The notes under the pieces: model-generated
The model's input: the letters and a program-made list of their open reading frames with translations, nothing else
Databases searched by the model: none
Told to the model about the DNA's origin: nothing
Shown: positions 57,784 through 64,000 of the stretch, one piece after another
How positions within the stretch are numbered: position 1 is the stretch's first letter
Layout of the letters: the number at the start of each line of letters is the position of its first letter
Made by a program: the position numbers and the translations under genes
NCBI GenBank assembly: GCA_016211945.1
Contig: JACRHV010000003.1
Span: 69,631-133,630, forward strand
From: Minisyncoccota bacterium
GTDB lineage: Bacteria > Patescibacteriota > Microgenomatia > UBA1400 > UBA12028
Direction of reading: 5' to 3'
DNA: 64,000 nt

Positions 57784-57999
57784 TAAGTGGTATTGTATTT
57801 TCTCCGCAATATAGTTGCATACATTATTTCTAGTTCATTTGAAGATCATTCAGCATCATTTTTGCGGGAATAAAGGAAGAAGTTTGGGACTCATCTACTC
57901 ACCGGCACCTTCCTTTTCACTTATCGTTTTATTTCCGCATAACATGCGTGCATCATTCCAGGCTTGTTTTAGAAGAAGATTAAATGAAATCAAAGTATA

Positions 58000-58824
58000 T
58001 CAGTGTGATCGATCGAGTGAAAAGACGACAGTGGATAAACGGAGGTATTCCTGAACACATGCCACGTGGGGAAACTGCGCGCCTAACACCTGGGTTGGGA
58101 GGTCCGGATCTCGAGCAAGAAGGCTGAAAAGATCACTTGAAAGGCGAGAATATTGATGTTTTCGTCCGTCGTTCAATGCTTTTTCTTTCTGCACAACGCT
58201 TAGCAGACTTGTTGTTAATTTGCTAAGCTTCGTGTAGTCTTTGGCTCGTTCATCCAGATTCCACACCGAGCGACAGAACTCCCGTTCATCCCCAATGAGA
58301 AATCGTTTGGATTCAAGAAAAACAAAAAGGCCCATGACCTTTGCGCGCATAAGCTCGTTCTTTAACTTTTCGCCGATTGGATACGGCGAGATATAAACCG
58401 CACGCTCCAATGAGACAAATCCATGCGTTCTCAGGAGATTCCGAAGGGTCCTGTAGGCGTACAACGACTCCGGCGCATACCGAACATTTGAAAAAATGGC
58501 TAGGCGCCACGCGGCATCCCACTTTTTTTTCTTAAATACTGTTTCCGGCAAAGAAGAAAAGAGATGTTCTCTTCCGGCGGCGGTCATGCGGATAAAGATT
58601 TTTCCGGCTTGCTGGACAGTGACAACCAAACCCTGCTGCTGCATTGTGGAGACAGCACTGCGTATTGAGTTCGGGCTAAAATCGAAGAGCCTCCACTGAA
58701 GCTCTGGATAGGTGAGCAGACGTTGCGCCGCTGAGGAGAAAACGTCTGAAGGATGTTGAACCGATTCATTCTCTGGAATACTGAAAGCGAGCGAGAAAAG
58801 GAGATGCGATTTAAGATCGAGCAT
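58000..58824 (-). CDS. PaaX-family transcriptional regulator
   Basis: N-terminal wHTH-like segment and PaaX C-terminal-domain pattern KKWDAAWRLAIFSNV (W.G.W.LV.F signature). Confidence 0.5.
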   Translation of the reverse strand: MLDLKSHLLFSLAFSIPENESVQHPSDVFSSAAQRLLTYPELQWRLFDFSPNSIRSAVSTMQQQGLVVTVQQAGKIFIRMTAAGREHLFSSLPETVFKKKKWDAAWRLAIFSNVRYAPESLYAYRTLRNLLRTHGFVSLERAVYISPYPIGEKLKNELMRAKVMGLFVFLESKRFLIGDEREFCRSVWNLDERAKDYTKLSKLTTSLLSVVQKEKALNDGRKHQYSRLSSDLFSLLARDPDLPTQVLGAQFPHVACVQEYLRLSTVVFSLDRSH

Positions 58825-59320
58825 GAAACTATCATAGCAGATGGTGCGGAATGACCGGGAGAGTTCCGACCTAGTTCCGATTTCTTTTTCCTCTCTTTTC
58901 TATTTCCGCACCATTAATAATGGTTTTCACGATAAAATGATACTCCTTATCTTCGTCTTTCTTGCATTCGGTATTCCTTTTCTTCGTATTATTTTTCATT
59001 TCTCGGTAAAAATGTTGATAAATCTCAAGTGATTTTTTTCTGTTGTAAATACGTTAAACAAGAGACTAATATATTCATCAATTCACAGTATCAAAAATAT
59101 GGGGAAAAACGGCAAAAAACACAAAAAACATGATCTTCATCGTGCATATTCTGATATATTTGTATGCAAATGAAAAGAAATTGTGAAATATAACACTCTC
59201 ACCGTTTTTCTCTCTTCTGTAGTCTTGATATTCCCTCTTGACCTCAACCTCTGGTCGCGCCTACAGTGACGTTCATGCGCGGAAGCTTGATTGTCTAATC
59301 TCGTCTAACGCCAGAGGAAA

Positions 59321-62300
59321 ATGAGCAAAGAAGAATCTGTCCAAACCATCCAACGCTCAGAGGCATTGCTCCGGCAATTCGCCGATTTTTTGGCAGCACA
59401 ACAGCTCACTGAAAAGTCGATCCGCAACTATGTTTCAGATACACGCAAGTTTTTCGATTGGCTCGGGGGGCAAAAACCCAACGGTCAGGAAGATTGGGAC
59501 TGGATCGCTTCTATCCCCCAATCTGTTCGCGCATATCGCGCCTTTCTTCTTTCCCAGGCTGCACCTCTGGCCACCATTAACCGCCATCTCTCCTCTCTCC
59601 GCCAGTTTGGCGCTTTTTTAAACACCGTTCACCAGCTTCACCTCAAGTTGGATCACCTTCAAAACGTCTCTGTCCACGTCGAGCATGAGCAAGAAGTGTC
59701 GCATGTCCTCAACCACCAGGCTATTCACGCATTCGGTTTAGCACTTGAACATGAGCAGTGCTCACAGTCCACATGCGAAAATTACCTTGGTGATATCCGC
59801 CAATTTGCCGATTTTCTTGGAACAGAGTCGCTCTTTTCTGACCGAATAAAACCCCTTGCCGTGGAGTTTACGGGAAATTTGGCAAAAAATGGGGTCGCAG
59901 AAGCAACGATTCGACGCAAAATGGTGACCCTGAAGCGATTTTATGCGTGGGCAACCAAGTCTCACTACATCAAAACAAATGTTTTTGAATCATTCGGGGA
60001 GAAAGTCGGGCGAGTTGTTGGTGAGACTGCACAAAAATTTGTGCCGTTGGCGTTTTTTGAGAGAAATCGAGAAAACCAACAAAAAACCTCATCTTCCGAT
60101 GAGGTTTATGTCTGTGAAGAGTTACGTCTCCACGCGCTTGATAACCGTAACGAACAGTCTACCAGTCAAACAGGGATCTTGTCAAGACTGTGGCGGAGGG
60201 ATAGGGATTCGAACCCTAACCCCGCTCACGCGGAGTCACATCAGGTATCAACTGAGTTCCCAACCGTTGGGATTACCCCTCCAATTGGAATGTTTGGACC
60301 GACCACCACAGAATCGTCATACTCTCAAATTGCAGATGAAAAATCAACAACATCTTACTCTATCACCAACAAAAAACCCTCTGTTTCCAGAGGGTTTTTC
60401 AATGTAGAGTTTTCTCCCTACACAGTTGATACCTGTAACGTCAAGTCTACCAAACTTCCCCATCCCCTGTCAAGGCTCTACTCCGCCTACACCCGCTGGC
60501 CAGTGAGTTCCTATCTCCATCTTGCCGTTCTCGTTCTTTTTGTCTCGATGCTTGGGATTTTTGGCTATCAACAGTTTTTCCGTGATGCCGAGCAGAAGCT
60601 CGCTTTCCCCACCTCTCTCACCAGACCAAATCGCATTCTCTCCTTCCAGGGTCGCCTCACAGACACTGCCGGCACTCCACTCACTGTTGCAACCAACTTT
60701 ACCTTCAAACTGTATGACGCACTTACCAGTGGCAATCAGCTCTGGACATCTGGGACGTGTTCAATCACTCCGGATCAAGATGGCATCTTCTCTACTTTGC
60801 TTGGGAGTAGTTGCGGAAGCGAGATAGCCTCTGGTGTGTTTAGTGAAAATCAAAATGTATATCTCGAGGTAACAGTTGCGGCGGAGACGCTCACACCAAG
60901 ACAACAGATTGCCACGGTTGGATATGCGCTGAATGCCGAAACGCTCCAAGGCTACCCCGCTTCTGCGAGTGCGGTGGAAAATACGGTCCTTGTGATGAAC
61001 AACTCTGGTCAAGTGTTATTAGGCAACGCCTCGCCCACACTCCGTTCTACTTCTGGTACATTCGCGGTTCAGGGCAATGCGCTCAATGTGTCCACTAATA
61101 CCGGCACCGGAGGAAATATTACGCTTGCTCCGGATGGCGCTGGACAAGTGAGTTTGATTGGCGGCACCACAACACAGGATTTCATCGATATTACAAACGC
61201 GAACCTCACGACGGGAAAGTTGATGAAGGGGACGGTCGGAAATAACAATACTGGGTACAAATTTTTATCATTTGTTGGCGGCTCAACTCCCTCTGAAAAG
61301 TTCTATGTCAATGCCCTTGGAGGGGTGTATGCAGGCAACTCACTTTTTGCTCCAGTGGCGACCATTAGTGCAACGAATACGAGCGCTACACCGCTCATTA
61401 TCAACGGAACTGGAGGACAAATTTTCTCAATCGCAAATGGTGGGAACATTGTGGGTGCCGGAACCTTGACTGGATTAACAGGACTAACCTCGAGTGGAAC
61501 CATCACATTCTCAGGATTAAATACCGCAGGTGCGGTTGCGTATACACAGTCTGGTGGAGTTTTAGGAGTGACGGCACAGGGCGTGTCTGGGTACTTGTTA
61601 GGATCTGGTGGAGCTGGCACACCCACATGGATTGACCCCGCAACGGTTGGAAGCAACTATTGGCAGCTTACGAACAAGGTGATTTCGCCGGGAAACTCGA
61701 CGCATGACTTAGCGGTAGGAGGAAACGCGACAAGTTCTGCGTTGTTCCAGGTTTTTGGAAACACTGGGAATGCGACAACCGCAGGAACACTGACGTTTAA
61801 TGGGGCGGCATACTCGAATAACGTGATTGCGGCAACAAAGATGTCTGGGTTACAGATTGGAAATAGTAGCACGGGGAATATTATTTTTAATGGGGGGAAA
61901 ATAGGAGTTGGAACCGCAAACCCTCAAGGAACTCTTCATGTTGCTAGTAGTGCCAATATTGATGATCTTGTTGTTAATACCGAAGCCACAACGAATAACA
62001 TTGTTGATTCTAGTTTTGAGACTGGATTGGGGGGTTGGTACGCTACTTCAGTCAATGCCACTATTACACAATCAACTACTCAATCATATGTTGGTTCTAA
62101 AAGTTTAAAAAACGTAGCCACTGCAACAAATGAAGGCGCTTATATTACCATGTCTAGTGGATTTACTGCAGGAGTTTTAAATACTTTTTCTTCCTATGGA
62201 TATTTGGAATCAGGAACAGGTTGGCATTTGGTTTTCTTCTATTACGATGGCTCCTGGCATGCAGTTAACTCGCCTACAATAACTACTGTTGGCTCTTGGG

Positions 62301-64000
62301 TCAAGACAAGTGTTACTGTTAGTTTGCCTGCTGGAACAACCCAAATTCAACCGAGATTAGTAAGTGATGGTACGGCAACAATATATTTTGATGGCGTACA
62401 ATTAGAGGCAAAAGACCATGCCAGTCCTTATGCTGATGGTTCATTAGGATCTGGTTATAGTTGGACAGGAACTCCACATGCTTCAACTTCTATACGAAGA
62501 GCTGGGACAGTTTATGCTTATCAAGCAATTAACAGCGCTGGTGGAATAGGTGCCACTTCAGGAAGTTTATATCCAACATTACAAATTGATCAAGCTGGAA
62601 CAGGTGCTCTTTTTGTTGCCTCTGTTTCTGGAACACAAAAATTTATTATTGATAACACGGGCAATGTGGGGGTTGGGACGACAAATCCGTTGAATAAATT
62701 AAATGTTGTCGCGGACACTAACGTCTATACTAGTGCTCAATCTCTGGCCGGTTTAAGAGTTGATGATGGAACAAGTGATACGGCTTTATTATTAGGTGTA
62801 AACGCAGCTGGAGATGCGACTTACATTCAAGGTGTTCAACCACTAATATCTTGGACAAATCGTCCAATTTTATTACAGCCAAATGGTGGTAACGTCGGCA
62901 TCGGCAACACATCCCCTACCTACAAACTTGACGTCACCGGCTCTGCTTCGGTCTCTGCCAACCTCATGGCCGGTGGTCAAGTCCAACTCGGAAGATTCGG
63001 CGCAAATCCAACCGGCATTGGCGCGGGCGCGCTCTACTTCAACACCACAGACAGCAAGATTTACTACTACGACGGATCGAGTTGGTCACAAGTTGGATCG
63101 GGCGCAGGAGGAAACAATAGCCCATGGGATGAGTTAAACGGCACAATTGTCCCCAAAAACTCGACAGAAGATGTGTTGATTGGTGGTCAAGCAACAACCT
63201 CGGCAAAATTTGCGTTCTTAAATGTAAACACCGGCACACCGGTCGCAAGTTTCTCTGGAAACCTCACACTTACTCCTGCAACTTCTGCCATCATCCAAAC
63301 CACCAACATGATTCCATTGGTCATTGGCTCGGCATCAACCGGATCTATCCAGCTCTCGCCAAAAGCATCCACCGGCTTGTTCATCAACGGTTCTGGAAAC
63401 GTGGGCATCGGCAACACCGCACCAACGGTGGCACTCGACGTGACCGGCCAAGGCAAGTTCTCGTCGCTCGTTACCGCATCAAACGCACTCACTGTGACCA
63501 CCGGCCTTACGCAAGCGCTTGGTGGTCTCACGGTCTCCGGCAACAGCGTGGCGGCATCAGGACAAAACTTTGAGGCGTTTGTCACCTCTGGAACAGCGTA
63601 TGTTCAAGGGTATGATCGAGGCGGATCGGCATACATCCCACTCAACATTGCCGGTTCATACACCAAGTTCTCCAACGGAAGCGTTGGGATTGGTACCTCT
63701 GGTGCACCGGCAGAAAAACTCGAGATCAATGCTGGTGCGGCCGCAGGAGGGATTCGATTAAACGCAGATACCGGTGTTGATACGCGTTTGGTGTTCTATG
63801 AAAATGCCGTCTTAAAGGCAGGCCTCACCTACACCACAAGCGACGCAACCTTCCGCCTCTCCAATGCTGGAAGCGATATTGTGACACTCACGAGCGCGGG
63901 AAAAGTCGGCGTTGGAAACACCGCACCAGACGGTAAATTCCAAGTCACGGGTGCGGCAGTTGGAAAAGCGCTCGCCATCTTGAACGAAACTGGCGACCAA
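59321..64000 (+). CDS. giant open reading frame, 3'-truncated by the window end. Contents: N-terminal tandem integrase core-binding (SAM-like) domains; an embedded antisense tRNA-like element; a TM helix; tail-fibre/beta-helix-like repeats with a CBM4/9-like module
   Basis: Checked codon by codon: ATG at 59321 (RBS CCAGAGGAAA; in-frame TAA at 59306) to 64000 with no stop (1560 codons). The ORF track does not list it, consistent with omitting ORFs that lack a stop. Alternative model: a decayed integrase-N-terminal ORF plus a separate giant gene starting at ATG 60290 just past the tRNA-like element. TM helix VSSYLHLAVLVLFVSMLGIFGY at ~60500..60570. Confidence 0.6.
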   Translation, partial: MSKEESVQTIQRSEALLRQFADFLAAQQLTEKSIRNYVSDTRKFFDWLGGQKPNGQEDWDWIASIPQSVRAYRAFLLSQAAPLATINRHLSSLRQFGAFLNTVHQLHLKLDHLQNVSVHVEHEQEVSHVLNHQAIHAFGLALEHEQCSQSTCENYLGDIRQFADFLGTESLFSDRIKPLAVEFTGNLAKNGVAEATIRRKMVTLKRFYAWATKSHYIKTNVFESFGEKVGRVVGETAQKFVPLAFFERNRENQQKTSSSDEVYVCEELRLHALDNRNEQSTSQTGILSRLWRRDRDSNPNPAHAESHQVSTEFPTVGITPPIGMFGPTTTESSYSQIADEKSTTSYSITNKKPSVSRGFFNVEFSPYTVDTCNVKSTKLPHPLSRLYSAYTRWPVSSYLHLAVLVLFVSMLGIFGYQQFFRDAEQKLAFPTSLTRPNRILSFQGRLTDTAGTPLTVATNFTFKLYDALTSGNQLWTSGTCSITPDQDGIFSTLLGSSCGSEIASGVFSENQNVYLEVTVAAETLTPRQQIATVGYALNAETLQGYPASASAVENTVLVMNNSGQVLLGNASPTLRSTSGTFAVQGNALNVSTNTGTGGNITLAPDGAGQVSLIGGTTTQDFIDITNANLTTGKLMKGTVGNNNTGYKFLSFVGGSTPSEKFYVNALGGVYAGNSLFAPVATISATNTSATPLIINGTGGQIFSIANGGNIVGAGTLTGLTGLTSSGTITFSGLNTAGAVAYTQSGGVLGVTAQGVSGYLLGSGGAGTPTWIDPATVGSNYWQLTNKVISPGNSTHDLAVGGNATSSALFQVFGNTGNATTAGTLTFNGAAYSNNVIAATKMSGLQIGNSSTGNIIFNGGKIGVGTANPQGTLHVASSANIDDLVVNTEATTNNIVDSSFETGLGGWYATSVNATITQSTTQSYVGSKSLKNVATATNEGAYITMSSGFTAGVLNTFSSYGYLESGTGWHLVFFYYDGSWHAVNSPTITTVGSWVKTSVTVSLPAGTTQIQPRLVSDGTATIYFDGVQLEAKDHASPYADGSLGSGYSWTGTPHASTSIRRAGTVYAYQAINSAGGIGATSGSLYPTLQIDQAGTGALFVASVSGTQKFIIDNTGNVGVGTTNPLNKLNVVADTNVYTSAQSLAGLRVDDGTSDTALLLGVNAAGDATYIQGVQPLISWTNRPILLQPNGGNVGIGNTSPTYKLDVTGSASVSANLMAGGQVQLGRFGANPTGIGAGALYFNTTDSKIYYYDGSSWSQVGSGAGGNNSPWDELNGTIVPKNSTEDVLIGGQATTSAKFAFLNVNTGTPVASFSGNLTLTPATSAIIQTTNMIPLVIGSASTGSIQLSPKASTGLFINGSGNVGIGNTAPTVALDVTGQGKFSSLVTASNALTVTTGLTQALGGLTVSGNSVAASGQNFEAFVTSGTAYVQGYDRGGSAYIPLNIAGSYTKFSNGSVGIGTSGAPAEKLEINAGAAAGGIRLNADTGVDTRLVFYENAVLKAGLTYTTSDATFRLSNAGSDIVTLTSAGKVGVGNTAPDGKFQVTGAAVGKALAILNETGDQ
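60191..60282 (-). tRNA. tRNA-like element (type-II-like, CCA encoded) with anomalous anticodon arm, embedded antisense in the giant ORF
   Basis: Perfect T-arm TAGGG-TTCGAAT-CCCTA. 7-bp acceptor GGAGGGG/TCCCTCC (one G-U) plus G-CCA. D-arm TCCC-AACGGTT-GGGA. 7-bp extra-arm hairpin ACTCCGC-GTGA-GCGGGGT. The only foldable anticodon arm reads loop TTGATAC (GAT, Ile-like) with a C-U mismatch, which is abnormal for a long-variable-arm tRNA. Confidence 0.5.
61895..63952 (+). repeat. recurrent tail-fibre-like motif G-(N/K)-(V/I)-G-(V/I)-G-(T/N)-(T/A)-x-P-x-x-(K/A/T)-L-x-V-x-G in the giant ORF
   Basis: Copies at 61895..61950 (GKIGVGTANPQGTLHVAS), 62660..62707 (GNVGVGTTNPLNKLNV), 62888..62941 (GNVGIGNTSPTYKLDVTG), 63395..63449 (GNVGIGNTAPTVALDVTG), 63899..63952 (GKVGVGNTAPDGKFQVTG). 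Confidence 0.6.

Noticed and set aside
61272-61469. Frameshift or interruption of the giant ORF near the G-run at 61436..61445
   Set aside because: On first pass I mis-transcribed the line break and saw a stop. Re-reading the sequence, consistent with the frame-0 ORF 61272..61469 in the track, shows the long frame stays open there.
59943-63761. Plus-strand frame-0 ORFs and minus-strand ORFs inside the giant reading frame (for example 59943..60407, 60522..60827, 61303..61656, 61657..61872, 63187..63585)
   Set aside because: Short, low-complexity or nonsense-like translations nested in or antisense to a much longer, repeat-structured frame. Treated as spurious.
1-64000. CRISPR arrays or cas genes
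   Set aside because: No regularly spaced short direct repeats and no Cas-like ORFs found anywhere in the window.

Overview
This 64-kb window looks like a compact, gene-dense bacterial chromosome segment, mostly housekeeping genes with several accessory islands. The small-genome, possibly CPR/Patescibacteria-like origin is an inference from gene content, not a measurement.

Recognisable core genes, in order:
- a thymidylate-synthase-fold protein (666..2294) and dcd
- topA and dprA
- mrdA-mreD-mreC-mreB on the minus strand, and a second mreB/mbl paralog at 32971..33990
- two O-antigen-ligase (Wzy_C) family membrane proteins (9949..11985 and 41224..42546)
- def-fmt
- rpmG, missed by the ORF track because it is under 60 aa
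- galU
- secE-nusG-rplK-rplA-(inserted ORF)-rplJ-rplL with a clean intrinsic terminator, but no rpoBC after it
- wecG/tagA, ndk, a NUDIX hydrolase, an M16 peptidase, argS, leuS
- a competence set, comEA plus a split ComEC, with dprA elsewhere in the window
- a divergent pair of Ddl-like ATP-grasp paralogs
- six canonical tRNAs: Trp-CCA, Thr-TGT, Tyr-GTA, Thr-GGT, Arg-CCT, Pro-CGG

Accessory content:
- Two unrelated IS elements, both with identifiable terminal inverted repeats.
- Between them, a gene split by an A10 homopolymer frameshift.
- A five-gene secreted/membrane-anchored surface-protein cluster (50673..56683) built from two paralogous pairs, reminiscent of WxL/Csc loci.
- A Fic protein and a PaaX-like regulator.
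- An APH-family kinase next to a methyltransferase fusion.

Most unusual feature: one open reading frame starts at 59321 and runs off the window end, at least 1560 codons with no stop. It contains:
- an N-terminal tandem of phage-integrase N-terminal (core-binding/SAM-like) domains with no catalytic domain;
- a near-perfect tRNA-like element on the opposite strand;
- a transmembrane helix;
- at least 1.1 kb of tail-fibre/beta-helix-like G-N-V-G-I-G-N-T repeats, with an embedded CBM4/9-like carbohydrate-binding module.

A 370-bp hairpin-rich noncoding gap at 26520..26892 has no assignable RNA family.

All calls rest on motif recognition by eye. No database search was run.
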